Shown here in pieces: positions 46,198 to 55,699 of a stretch of 64,000 bases of DNA. Source of the DNA: a virus; the IMG/VR virus record IMGVR_UViG_3300047509_000037, positions 1-64,000 of that record. One strand, given 5' to 3'. Within the stretch, counting starts at the first letter, position 1. Each line of letters begins with the position of its first letter. The notes below the pieces were generated by a model. The model had not been told where the DNA came from. It saw only the letters and a program-made list of their open reading frames with translations, and did no database searches. Made by a program: the position numbers and the translations under genes.

Positions 46198-46575
46198 ATG
46201 GCAACTTCAAAAACCAAAACCGGAGCCACACTCGTCTCGACCATCGGCGGTCGTGTCAAGTATCGCTTCACTTCCATCCTGATGAAGCAGGTCCAAAGCA
46301 GATACGCCTACTTCGCAACCAAGAACGAGATTTTCTCGCTCATCAACAGCCTGTTCCGCACGGAAGTCGCTGAGTTCCCGACGATTGTTTACACCGGGAC
46401 GCAGGGTCGCACGACCTACAACGCCCGCAAGAACAGCTACGGTGGATTCAGCATCGGCTGTCAAGACTTCGACCGCAACACGGTTCGCGCTATCGCAGCC
46501 AGCGTCGGTCACTCGAAGTCATTCATCAACGCGTACCTGCCCCGGTTGGCGAAAGCCGCTGCCGCTGGTCGCTAG
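46198..46575 (+). CDS. Hypothetical protein ending AAAAGR
   Basis: GAGGAGG RBS; C-terminus matches the end of the tmRNA tag. Confidence 0.7.
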   Translation: MATSKTKTGATLVSTIGGRVKYRFTSILMKQVQSRYAYFATKNEIFSLINSLFRTEVAEFPTIVYTGTQGRTTYNARKNSYGGFSIGCQDFDRNTVRAIAASVGHSKSFINAYLPRLAKAAAAGR

Positions 46576-46682
46576 ACTGTACAGCAGGGAGCCTGAACTA
46601 CCAGCCCTGTCACTCGCGTTGAAACGGTAGACTGATGCGGCGAATAACACGCGTGCCAAATTCAAATTCAGGAGACACAAAC

Positions 46683-46919
46683 ATGAGCATGACATCGAAA
46701 GTAATCAACCTGCTCCGGCTAGCAATTCTCAATGCTCTGGCGAACGGTTCGAGCGCCAGCAACCAAAGTCTTCGCTCCGTCGTCGGCAGTGTTTACTCAC
46801 TGCGTTCGATTCAGGAAGCGACCCAGAAGATGACCAAAGAGGGACTGCTCGTCGCGTCCACTCGTGGTGTCTACAAGTTGAACACGAACGTCCCGCAGGC
46901 AATTGGCGCGACGGCGTAG
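46683..46919 (+). CDS. Small winged-helix-like protein
   Basis: AGGAG RBS; SIQEATQKMTKEGLL....RGVYKL. Confidence 0.55.
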   Translation: MSMTSKVINLLRLAILNALANGSSASNQSLRSVVGSVYSLRSIQEATQKMTKEGLLVASTRGVYKLNTNVPQAIGATA

Positions 46920-47012
46920 TCCCTTCGAGGGGCGTGGTTCCTCACGAGATGGGGACTAACGCGGAGGATGCGAGCCTCCCGCCACATTGTTGTTTGATTC
47001 AGGAGAGTTCAC

Positions 47013-47468
47013 ATGGCTCGTGCAGGAAAGAAAGACGTTCTCGCCGCAGGCGGGAGCAAGATGGTCATCGCAGGCGGCATTGGAGAGAGCGACCCGCTAC
47101 GCAACGTATCGAAGGAAGGGCGTGACGACACACCGATTCCAGCGTTCGAGAAACCTGTCGAACCCAAGATGGAGTTCATCCCCAAGAACGGTCACATCCT
47201 CGTTCGCCGCGACACCCCGGTCGAAGCGAAGGGTCTGGTCGAACTGGTGCAGGACGAAGCCGCGAAAGAAAAACCTGCTCAGGGCATCGTGCTTGAGACG
47301 AATTGTGTTGACTACGTCGTCGGCACTCGTGTAGTGTTTGGAAAGTATTCGGGCACTGAGTTCAAGCTGAACGGCGAGTTGCTGCTCATCATGCGTGACG
47401 AAGACGTTCAAGGGCTGCTCGTGCAGGCGGAACCCGACAGCGAAGTAGAAATCGAAATCCTTCCGTAG
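47013..47468 (+). CDS. groES: Co-chaperonin GroES with N-terminal extension
   Basis: FIPKNGHILVRR...AKEKPAQGIV...VVFGKYSGTEFKLNGELLLIMRDEDV. Confidence 0.85.
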   Translation: MARAGKKDVLAAGGSKMVIAGGIGESDPLRNVSKEGRDDTPIPAFEKPVEPKMEFIPKNGHILVRRDTPVEAKGLVELVQDEAAKEKPAQGIVLETNCVDYVVGTRVVFGKYSGTEFKLNGELLLIMRDEDVQGLLVQAEPDSEVEIEILP

Positions 47469-47479
47469 AGGAGTCCAAC

Positions 47480-48226
47480 ATGGAGAAAGCTGCAATCGTC
47501 GGAGACGCGGACGTATCTCGCGCAACACACGTCCGCCGCCGCATCACCAATCTGGTCAAGGCAGCCAACACGAGCGACTTTGACCTTGCCGAATTGTTCC
47601 ACGAGTCAAAGAAGAACCAGTACCCCGCGATGTGGGGCTTCGAGTCCTTCTCTGCTTACGGCAAGGCTCTGGCGAAGGACTACAACTTCAAGTGGACGAA
47701 GGTCTACTACCTGACTCGCATTGCTGAGAACATGGAAGCCGCGAAGCTGGAGCGTTCGCAGTACGAACCCGTTGGCAAGACCAAGCTGCGAATGATTTCC
47801 CGGCTGAAGCCTGACACCGAGTTCAACGGCGTCTCCGTCTCTATCCTGATTCGGGAACTGACGCTGAAGGCTGGGCAGATGTCACCAGACGAAGTCCAGT
47901 ACGAGGTCGATAAGATTCTCGGACTGACGGAAGATGAGTCGATGTCATGGCTCAACATCCGTGTGAAGAAGATGGCGAAGGACAACGTCATCATGCCGTC
48001 CATCGCTCTCGCAAAGAAACACATCGGGAGCGTTGGGCAGGACGAAGAAGGACAGTCGCAGGACGCAAGTGAAGGTCGCTGTCTCGAACTCATCTGTGCG
48101 AACTTCCTCGCGGACCCGAACTACAACAACGAGCAACCGCCGGATACCGCCGCGAAGATTCAAGCAGCCGCCGATGCAACCGAGGCGGCGCAAGAGGAAA
48201 ACGAACAACCAACCAACGACGAATAA
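47480..48226 (+). CDS. Hypothetical DNA-binding-type protein
   Basis: WGFESFSAY, VGKTKLRMI, RCLELICANFLA. Confidence 0.65.
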   Translation: MEKAAIVGDADVSRATHVRRRITNLVKAANTSDFDLAELFHESKKNQYPAMWGFESFSAYGKALAKDYNFKWTKVYYLTRIAENMEAAKLERSQYEPVGKTKLRMISRLKPDTEFNGVSVSILIRELTLKAGQMSPDEVQYEVDKILGLTEDESMSWLNIRVKKMAKDNVIMPSIALAKKHIGSVGQDEEGQSQDASEGRCLELICANFLADPNYNNEQPPDTAAKIQAAADATEAAQEENEQPTNDE

Positions 48227-48239
48227 CTGGAGGGTGCCA

Positions 48240-49280
48240 ATGCCATTCCGAAAGCTGGACATCACCCGCAAGACTGGTGAGGCAACCGCTCTGGCAACGA
48301 AACTCGAAGGACTCATCGTGGGACAGCGGGCACCTAAAGACGCTCTCCTGTCGGTCGTAGACCGCATCCAAAGTGGGTTCTATGACAAGACGAGACCCGT
48401 CGGCATCTTCCTCTTTCTCGGACCCACCGGGACGGGAAAGACCGGAGTAGCCGAGGCGTTCACGATGGGTCTGTTCAATAACCCGAAGATGTTGATGAAG
48501 GTGGATTGCGCAGAGTTCCAGCACTCGCACGAGATTGCGAAGCTAGTTGGCAGCCCTCCCGGTTATCTGGGACACCGCGAGACGCATCCGTACTTCACCA
48601 ACAATTCGCTCAAGGCGCATCGCACCGATGCCTTTCCATTCACGCCGATTCTGTTCGACGAGATTGAGAAGGCAAGCGACTCACTCTGGAATCTCCTGCT
48701 GGGTATTCTGGATAAGGGCACGCTCACGACGGGCGCCAACGAAGTCGTGGACATGAAGCCCACAATCATTTTGATGACCAGCAACGTCGGGGCGTCGGAG
48801 ATGTCGGAAGACAAGTCTCTGGGCTTCGTCGGCAAGACCACAGTTGATGATGCCAAGCTGGAGTCAATCGCTCTGGCGGCGGCACGGCGGAAGTTCTCGC
48901 CGGAGTTCCTGAACCGCATCGACTACATTTTGAACTTCAAGACTCTGACTGAAGACGAACTCAAACAGGTTCTCGCGCTTCAGTTGCAATTGCTTCAAGA
49001 CCGCATCGTCGTTGACTCGAAGGTGCTCTTTGAACTGCGTGTCTCCAGCCGGGGACTCGCGCAATTGCTGGTGGATGGTTATGACCGTCGCTACAACGCA
49101 CGGCATCTCAAGCGGACGATAGACAAACACATCTCCGCTCCGCTAACGAGTCTTGTCGCCACGGGGCAGATAATGAACGAAGACGTTGTCATCGTTGACT
49201 ACCTCGAAGGCGACTGGCGATATGTGGCAGTACCGAGGGCGAATGCTCCCCAAGGCGATTTCTCAGGCAGTCTACCGTAG
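48240..49280 (+). CDS. Single-domain Clp/Hsp100 ATPase (ClpA/B/C D2-like) with LGF loop
   Basis: IVGQ, RPVGIFLFLGPTGTGKT, GSPPGYLG pore loop, LFDEIEKA, MTSNVG, SLGF, FSPEFLNRID, YNARHL. Confidence 0.9.
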   Translation: MPFRKLDITRKTGEATALATKLEGLIVGQRAPKDALLSVVDRIQSGFYDKTRPVGIFLFLGPTGTGKTGVAEAFTMGLFNNPKMLMKVDCAEFQHSHEIAKLVGSPPGYLGHRETHPYFTNNSLKAHRTDAFPFTPILFDEIEKASDSLWNLLLGILDKGTLTTGANEVVDMKPTIILMTSNVGASEMSEDKSLGFVGKTTVDDAKLESIALAAARRKFSPEFLNRIDYILNFKTLTEDELKQVLALQLQLLQDRIVVDSKVLFELRVSSRGLAQLLVDGYDRRYNARHLKRTIDKHISAPLTSLVATGQIMNEDVVIVDYLEGDWRYVAVPRANAPQGDFSGSLP

Positions 49281-49569
49281 AGACGGCTGGAAATGTCGTT
49301 CCTGCAACAACCGCAATGGGCTTGACCCGCACCACGTCATATTCCAAAGCGCAGGCGGACCCGACACACTGGACAACCTGCTGGCGCTCTGCCGCAAATG
49401 CCACGATGACATTCACGCCGGGAGACTGGTGCTGGAAGTCCTTCGTAAGCTGGAGAGCAACCTTGACGTTCGATTCTGGAAGCGTGCTGCGTGGGAGATT
49501 TACAGGAGTGTAAATGAAGACTTGCACCAAGTGTCAAACATCGAAGAACCCGAAAACGGATTTTCATAA
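49243..49569 (+). CDS. HNH endonuclease
   Basis: RRDGWKCRSC...PHHVIFQSAGG...NLLALCRKCH. Confidence 0.8.
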   Translation: MLPKAISQAVYRRDGWKCRSCNNRNGLDPHHVIFQSAGGPDTLDNLLALCRKCHDDIHAGRLVLEVLRKLESNLDVRFWKRAAWEIYRSVNEDLHQVSNIEEPENGFS

Positions 49570-49996
49570 GGATAAGAGTACGAAAGACGGGTTGCGCTAT
49601 TGGTGTAAGGCGTGTGCGCGACCCGCTGCGGTGAGCTACGCTCGACGAAATCCTGAGGAAAAGACGCATCGTCACCGAGACTACAAGCGAGACAACCCTG
49701 AACACTACTTATTGTGGCAGGCGAAACATCGCGCCAAGCGGAATGGTCTAGTCTTTGAGTTAGTGCCGGGAGATATACAAATCCCGCCGACCTGTCCGGT
49801 GTTGAAGATACCCATCTATCCGGGGAAACGAAACTCTCCGAACTCACCGAGTCTCGATAGGCGGGACAATGACGAAGGCTACACGAAGGCGAACACTCAA
49901 GTGATTTCGTATCGGGCGAATGTACTTAAACGAGACGCCACGGTCACTGAGTTGAAATTGTTCGCGGACTGGATTGTGGGGACGTATGGAACTTAG
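49514..49996 (+). CDS. HNH-like endonuclease
   Basis: CTKC..CKAC; AKHRAK...CPVL...SPSLDR...ISYRANVLK. Confidence 0.8.
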   Translation: MKTCTKCQTSKNPKTDFHKDKSTKDGLRYWCKACARPAAVSYARRNPEEKTHRHRDYKRDNPEHYLLWQAKHRAKRNGLVFELVPGDIQIPPTCPVLKIPIYPGKRNSPNSPSLDRRDNDEGYTKANTQVISYRANVLKRDATVTELKLFADWIVGTYGT

Positions 49997-51653
49997 GAGT
50001 TACCAGCAGGACGCACTCAATTCCATCGTTACAAACTATGACGCGGGGGCGAGAAAACTTCTCATTCAATCGGCAACTGGAACAGGGAAAACGATAATTT
50101 TCGCATCCCTGTACGAGCGCATGAAGTCCCGAATACCCGGACAGATGTGGGTTCTGTCTCACACGGAAGAACTAGTTGTCCAGAATTTGAAGAAACTCCA
50201 ACAGGTGAACCGAGCCCTGAAGGTAGGCAAAGAGATGGCGGGGAGTTATGCCGACCCTGATTGCGATATAATCTCGGCGTGCGTGGCGACAACAGGTAGA
50301 CACGGAACGAAACGCAATGACAGATTTAATTGGGGGAATGTTTCCCTGCTCACAATCGACGAGGCTCATCACTCCACCGCTGACGCATACGGACGAGTCA
50401 TCGACCTTGTCGGCATTAACAGCCCCGGCTCGAACAAACTTCTGGTCGGCGTTACGGCAACGGCTCAACGTCCTGACGGCAAGGCTCTGTCTGAAGTTTT
50501 CGACAAAGTTGCCTACGTGTATGGGATGCGGCAAGCCATCGAAGAAGGATGGCTCGTGCGTGTTCGGGGATACCGAGTATCGACGGACACATCCGTGGAC
50601 GACGTATCGGTTTCATCTGGGGACTTCTCCGTCACCAAGCTGGCGGCACGTGTCAACACGGAAGCACGAAATCGACAAGTCGTAGAGGCATGGGCGAAGC
50701 TGGCGGGCGACCGCCGAACGGTTGTGTTCTGCGCCGACATCGACCATGCGAAGGCAATGGCTGAGGAGTTTAAGAAGTCAGGCGTACTCGCGGAAGCTGT
50801 CTGGGGTGAAGACCCGGAGCGCGAGTCAAAACTGGAGACACACCGTGCGGGAAAAATTCAAGTTATTTGTAACTGCGCTGTACTCGTGGAAGGCTACGAT
50901 GACCCAAGCATTGCGTGCGTTGTACTGGCTCGTCCTACCACGTCTCCTGTCCTATTTTCCCAGATGGTAGGACGCGGGACTCGTCTCGCAGAAGGCAAGA
51001 AAGACCTTATCGTCATCGACGTGGTGGACGCATCGTCCAGCCACTCGCTCATCACCCTGCCGACGCTGTTGGGCCTGCAAGGCATCCTAGACCTTCGTGG
51101 GCGCGACGTGCTCACGGTTGTTGAGGAGATGGAGGAGATTCAGTTAGCGAACCCCGGCATCGACCTGTCGAAGCTGGACGACGTTGCGAAGCTGAAGACC
51201 CTCGTCGAACAAGTCAACCTGTTCACCATCCGGTTCCCGGCTGAAGTCGAAGCGAACAGCGAGTTGACTTGGTTCAAAGCGATTGACGGCGGCTACAAGA
51301 TGCTCGTGCCGAAAGATGGACCGGAGCCTGCGGGCTTCATGCGAATTTACCAGAACCAACTCGGCTCGTGGGACATCATCGGGAGCATCAAAGGCAGGGC
51401 GCTTCAGGCGAACCGCGCCACGATGGAAGACGCGTTCAAGGCGACTGATGAACAGATTCGTAAGCGGCTGTCGAAGATGGCTCTGTCTTACGTGAAACGT
51501 GAGGCTACATGGCACGGCAAACCAGTCACGAGTGGACAGATAAAAATGCTGGCGCGGTTGTTCCCGAAGAAGTTGTTTCCTTTGGAGTCGATGACATCGG
51601 GGATGGCGTCCAAGATAATCAGCGAACGCCTAGCACGCAAGCACAAAGGTTGA
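49986..51653 (+). CDS. SF2 DEAD/DEAH helicase (Irc3/RadD-like)
   Basis: LRSYQ, ATGTGKT, DEAHH, TAT, EGYDDP, QMVGRGTR. Confidence 0.92.
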   Translation: MELRSYQQDALNSIVTNYDAGARKLLIQSATGTGKTIIFASLYERMKSRIPGQMWVLSHTEELVVQNLKKLQQVNRALKVGKEMAGSYADPDCDIISACVATTGRHGTKRNDRFNWGNVSLLTIDEAHHSTADAYGRVIDLVGINSPGSNKLLVGVTATAQRPDGKALSEVFDKVAYVYGMRQAIEEGWLVRVRGYRVSTDTSVDDVSVSSGDFSVTKLAARVNTEARNRQVVEAWAKLAGDRRTVVFCADIDHAKAMAEEFKKSGVLAEAVWGEDPERESKLETHRAGKIQVICNCAVLVEGYDDPSIACVVLARPTTSPVLFSQMVGRGTRLAEGKKDLIVIDVVDASSSHSLITLPTLLGLQGILDLRGRDVLTVVEEMEEIQLANPGIDLSKLDDVAKLKTLVEQVNLFTIRFPAEVEANSELTWFKAIDGGYKMLVPKDGPEPAGFMRIYQNQLGSWDIIGSIKGRALQANRATMEDAFKATDEQIRKRLSKMALSYVKREATWHGKPVTSGQIKMLARLFPKKLFPLESMTSGMASKIISERLARKHKG

Positions 51654-51788
51654 AGAAGCTGGAGGAAGACAAGGGTGGTCGTCGATGTGATGATTGCCGC
51701 CGGGGATTTGAACCCGGACGCGATTGAGACAGCCAAGCACGAGAAGGCTCTCACCATCTGGAAGTACCTGCATCATCAGGAGGGCTAG

Positions 51789-52124
51789 TTGCTGACACCG
51801 GAAAAAGAACAACGCATTCAAGAAATCACCGCAGAGATTGCGGCAGAAGTGACCCGCGCCACGAGGATGTTTGAACCGATGAACTCTCCGCATGAAGCCG
51901 AGGGTGTCATCCGTGAGGAGTTCGACGAGTTCTGGGATGAAGTGAAGGCGTACAATCCCCGCAAGAACCGCGACACCCGTCCCGCGATGCGAACCGAGTT
52001 GATTCAGTTAGCAGCGATGGCAACACGAGCAGTGCTTGATGTCATCGACTTTGGGAAGCACTACGAGGCGCAACCATGCTACAACCCCGTTCCGACGCAA
52101 CCTACTACCGAAACTTCCAACTGA
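51789..52124 (+). CDS. MazG-like all-alpha NTP pyrophosphatase-fold protein
   Basis: HE..GVIREEFDEFWDEV...ELIQLAAM. Confidence 0.55.
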   Translation: MLTPEKEQRIQEITAEIAAEVTRATRMFEPMNSPHEAEGVIREEFDEFWDEVKAYNPRKNRDTRPAMRTELIQLAAMATRAVLDVIDFGKHYEAQPCYNPVPTQPTTETSN

Positions 52125-52417
52125 GCAAATTTCAGGTGGGCATCCTCAAGCGCCTTGCCAACGGTAAGGTCAAGGTCTACTGTATGCCTGCCGGGACGCT
52201 GCGCGACAAGCGCCGCGACGAGATGAACATCCAGTTCAACGAGGTTCTGCAACTCGTGGAGATGGGGATGGTCAACGACGTGAGCGACGGTGAGAAGTTC
52301 AAATCCATCGTCGAACAGCATCGCGTGAACGAAGGGCGCGACGTTGTGGTCGTGTGGCTCAACGGATTCGGGCAAGAGATGTGGGGAAGGACTCCGTGGG
52401 ACAAACAACGAAACTGA
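52076..52417 (+). CDS. Hypothetical protein
   Basis: GAGG RBS; overlaps the upstream gene. Confidence 0.55.
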   Translation: MLQPRSDATYYRNFQLSKFQVGILKRLANGKVKVYCMPAGTLRDKRRDEMNIQFNEVLQLVEMGMVNDVSDGEKFKSIVEQHRVNEGRDVVVVWLNGFGQEMWGRTPWDKQRN

Positions 52418-52956
52418 ACACGAAGGACCGAGCCAAAGCAAAGCGGCTCATGGATACTTACCAGCAAACTCTGGAGGAACACAATGCAAAGCGAACAGAC
52501 CAAACCAACGCCTGCGCCATCTGCCGCCGACCGTTCAGCCAGTATCAAGCCTACCAAGACCACGACCATAAGTGCTGTGCCCGTCCCCGGAAAAAAGAAG
52601 GTCGGTACTGTGGTAAGTGCAACCGTGGACTCCTGTGTTTTCTTTGCAACAAGAAAGCCGTAGCGTGGCTGGAGCAACTAGCGAAGTGGGGCATCGACAT
52701 TGAAAAGGTGCTTGAATACATTCGCTTCTGGACAAGAGAGATTACGTTGAAAGGTGGATATGCCTCTAAAGCCCCGAAAGCAAAAACCCCGCGAAAGCGA
52801 AAGTCCAAAGCCGGAGTACCGCGCAAACAAAAAAGCGTTCGACCAAGTTCTGAGCCGAGTGCGCCAGAACGGGGAAGTGACAGTGGGTCCGGTGAAAGCA
52901 GTGAAGTCAAGTGGTGGCGGTGGGAAGCCAGCGGCGATGAACCCAGCCGTCCCTAG
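52354..52956 (+). CDS. Endonuclease VII-family endonuclease
   Basis: QTNACAIC...QDHDH...NRGLLCFLCN. Confidence 0.75.
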   Translation: MAQRIRARDVGKDSVGQTTKLNTKDRAKAKRLMDTYQQTLEEHNAKRTDQTNACAICRRPFSQYQAYQDHDHKCCARPRKKEGRYCGKCNRGLLCFLCNKKAVAWLEQLAKWGIDIEKVLEYIRFWTREITLKGGYASKAPKAKTPRKRKSKAGVPRKQKSVRPSSEPSAPERGSDSGSGESSEVKWWRWEASGDEPSRP

Positions 52957-53221
52957 CATGGTCGAATTTCTGTGCGACGTGTTCCTCGCGGTGAAGCGTG
53001 TGCTCCCGCGTGACATCTCGTTCGAGAAGTTCCGTCAGGCTTACACGTTCCCCATCACCGATGACTACATCGAACAGGAGCGGTTCGCTCAGTTCGTTCT
53101 CCGCGACCGTCGGCATAGTGCAGAGCAACGCATCGGCGCTGAGTTCATTCGCGTCGGGATTTTCCCACTGACCAAGTACATGAAGTGTCCCCGCAAGCCG
53201 CGACCGAAGAACGCGGTCTAA
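52754..53221 (+). CDS. Hypothetical protein
   Basis: Overlaps the EndoVII tail; plausible globular composition. Confidence 0.55.
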   Translation: MDMPLKPRKQKPRESESPKPEYRANKKAFDQVLSRVRQNGEVTVGPVKAVKSSGGGGKPAAMNPAVPSMVEFLCDVFLAVKRVLPRDISFEKFRQAYTFPITDDYIEQERFAQFVLRDRRHSAEQRIGAEFIRVGIFPLTKYMKCPRKPRPKNAV

Positions 53222-53480
53222 ATTTTTGTGTCAAATCCAACCTGAGGTACAACGCAATGACAGCTACAGCGGTACTCCACAAGGAACGTAAACGTAGGGA
53301 ACGCAAGACGAAGCGAGGGGCGGTGACTCTCGAAGTCAACGTGAAGCGGCAACTCTCGGCTGAGATTGGCGAAGACGAATTGCCGCAGGGTGAGAAGTTC
53401 ATCCTGCTTCAGAAGTACGGAGTGGCGGCTCCACGCATTGACCGTCTCGTGACAAAACCCGTTTGGATGGAGGAACGTTT

Positions 53481-54011
53481 ATGGCGACAGAAGAACAACG
53501 ATTGGATGCGGGCAACGAAGGGTCTAGTGCCAGCGAAGCAGCAACCGCGAACGCAGGCGCAACAGAGGCACCAACAGTCACAGCGCCCGACTACTCGAAC
53601 CTCCCGCCAGAGCTAAGACCTGACGCAGACGGCAACCCGCCCGTGCTCACCGAAGCCCTGATGCGGAAACTCCGGGGGGAGTATTTCACGGTCAAACATG
53701 CGAGGCTCGACAACTGCGAACACCGCATTGACCTGATTACGGAGCCACGCACGAATTGTCAGAACTGCTGGTGGAATTGGTTCAACATCCACCCGCAGTT
53801 GATTGAAACCACCGACCAGTTCTTTCGGACTAAGGGGAAGGAACCGCTCATAGCCATGAGGGGCAAACGCTACTTCAAAATGTTTCTTCGGTTCATGAGC
53901 ACGGTGTGCCAACTTCAGAAAGAACAAGAGGCACTCAATGCCAAGCAGATACGTGAAGCGAACCCGCCGAGCGTTGAAGATGAACGAAATATGGAGGATA
54001 TGTGGCGCTAA
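53481..54011 (+). CDS. Hypothetical Cys/His protein
   Basis: GGAGG RBS; H...CEH...CQNC. Confidence 0.6.
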   Translation: MATEEQRLDAGNEGSSASEAATANAGATEAPTVTAPDYSNLPPELRPDADGNPPVLTEALMRKLRGEYFTVKHARLDNCEHRIDLITEPRTNCQNCWWNWFNIHPQLIETTDQFFRTKGKEPLIAMRGKRYFKMFLRFMSTVCQLQKEQEALNAKQIREANPPSVEDERNMEDMWR

Positions 54012-55126
54012 CAGCGGGAGTCAAATCGACGGCGGCAACGCCGGAGAAGTCGGAGGAGAAGTCGTTCGTGAAACCACAGACCAAGGCGGACAAGTTGCAA
54101 GCGGTCTCGTCGGCGGCGAAGTCACTCAATAACACGTACAAAGACCCGAAGTTAGTCCAGAAGCTAGGGAAGAAGGCAGGCGCACTCCGCTTGCCTTCTC
54201 TCGCGCTTGGACTACCGACGGTAGACGAAGATGTCATCGGTTGCGGCGGATTGCCCGACGGTCGCATCATCGAAATCTATGGACCGGAGTCGGCTGGTAA
54301 GACTGCCATCTCCCTGCACGCAATCGCGCAGGCGCAGGCTGGTGGTGACCTAGCTGCCATCGTGGATGCCGAGCACGCACTGATGCTCTCGCACGCGAAG
54401 ACTCTGGGCGTCAACATCGACGAACTCATCATCTCGCAGCCTGACTACGGTGAGCAGGCATTGGAGGTTGTCCTTGGTCTTGCTGAGACTGGCGCGGTGC
54501 GTCTTATTGTCGTTGATTCGGTATCCGCACTCGTCCCGAAAGCCGAGTTGGACGGAGATATGGGAGACAGCCACATGGGTCTCCAAGCGCGACTGATGTC
54601 TCAGGCGATGCGGAAACTCGTGGGCGTCTCTGCGAAGACGGGCACGACAATCATCTTCATCAACCAAGTGCGCGAGAAAATCGGCGTCATGTTCGGCAAC
54701 CCGGAGACCACAACGGGCGGGCGTGCTCTGAAGTTTTACGCGTCACTCCGCTTCGAGGTTCGGCGTCTGTCGAAGACTGACGGCGGTGAAATCATCGACC
54801 CCGTGACCAAGCTGCACATCGGTCACCGGATGCGTGTGAAGAACGTCAAGAACAAAGTAGGCTCACCATTCCGCGAGACCTGCGTGGACTTGCTCTACGA
54901 TAAAGGGTTTGACAAACGGGCGGACACTCTGGAATACTTGCTTGGGCAGGACGTTGTCATCGTCGGAGACATGACGAAGGACAACAAGGGCAACGGCGTG
55001 TCGAAGGGTTGGCTGGGGTTCGAGGGCGAGAGCTACCGAAAATCGGACTTGACATTGGACCCCGTTTACGATAAGGTTGCACTAGCGGCGAAGAAGGTCA
55101 TCGACGCGAAACTTCAACAGCAGTAA
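54002..55126 (+). CDS. recA: RecA recombinase
   Basis: GRIIEIYGPESAGKT, VDAEHAL, SQPDYGEQALE, VDSVSAL, LQARLMSQAMRK, IFINQ, GGRALKFYAS. Confidence 0.97.
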   Translation: MALTAGVKSTAATPEKSEEKSFVKPQTKADKLQAVSSAAKSLNNTYKDPKLVQKLGKKAGALRLPSLALGLPTVDEDVIGCGGLPDGRIIEIYGPESAGKTAISLHAIAQAQAGGDLAAIVDAEHALMLSHAKTLGVNIDELIISQPDYGEQALEVVLGLAETGAVRLIVVDSVSALVPKAELDGDMGDSHMGLQARLMSQAMRKLVGVSAKTGTTIIFINQVREKIGVMFGNPETTTGGRALKFYASLRFEVRRLSKTDGGEIIDPVTKLHIGHRMRVKNVKNKVGSPFRETCVDLLYDKGFDKRADTLEYLLGQDVVIVGDMTKDNKGNGVSKGWLGFEGESYRKSDLTLDPVYDKVALAAKKVIDAKLQQQ

Positions 55127-55129
55127 ACA

Positions 55130-55216
55130 CGTGGGTGCTCCGTTCCGTAAGGACGGGGAGTTCGCCAAGCGTGCGGCATAGCCGCGAGAGTGGCTTGGTG
55201 ATTGGATACACCCACC
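55130..55216 (+). ncRNA. Multibranch structured RNA element
   Basis: GTGGGTG/CACCCAC encloses CTCCGTTCC-GTAA-GGACGGGGAG and CGCCAAGC/GCTTGGTG stems. Confidence 0.45.
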
Positions 55217-55220
55217 TTAG

Positions 55221-55323
55221 CGGGCGGTAGTTGAATATGTCACAACACCGGGAACGCAGGGCAGTGCTCTACGAAAGCCTGCTCGTGCCCTCGGAAGCGT
55301 TGGTTAAAACCCAACCCGCCCCA
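55221..55323 (+). ncRNA. tRNA-like RNA with expanded anticodon arm
   Basis: GGGCGG/CCGCCC acceptor, TA, GTTG/CAAC D-stem, long anticodon domain, GTTGG-TTAAAAC-CCAAC T-arm. Confidence 0.5.
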
Positions 55324-55342
55324 TCACTTTCTGGAGGGTGCC

Positions 55343-55699
55343 ATGAGCAAGAAGAACCGTGTCGTGCCGAAGACTGTCAACCTGAAGGACGCCGTGTTCG
55401 CGTACTTCTCCATGTGCTGCAATGAAATTGCCGAGAAGCCTTCCTGCGTCGTGCCTCAGGGCGAACGTGTGGGAACGTATCTCGGTGCGGTGCCCGACCC
55501 TGCCAAGCGCAATCTGACGCTGGGCACGTGGCGCTGCTCGAAGTGCAAGAAGAAGTGCAAGGTGACCCGGACGGCAAAGAGCGCCGGTGCCCAGTCCAGA
55601 CCACCTTCGCGGGATAGTTCCCGTGCGGTAACATTTTCTCAATCTCGCGCCTTAGACGCGCAATTATTCCCGAACGGGAACATTCTGGAGGAACCATGA
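55343..55699 (+). CDS. Cys-rich hypothetical protein
   Basis: GGAGG RBS; SMCC...CSKC. Confidence 0.55.
   Translation: MSKKNRVVPKTVNLKDAVFAYFSMCCNEIAEKPSCVVPQGERVGTYLGAVPDPAKRNLTLGTWRCSKCKKKCKVTRTAKSAGAQSRPPSRDSSRAVTFSQSRALDAQLFPNGNILEEP

Noticed and set aside
55221-55323. Canonical intron-containing tRNA
   Set aside because: Removing an insert at the usual position does not restore a U33-containing 7-nt loop; reported as a tRNA mimic instead.
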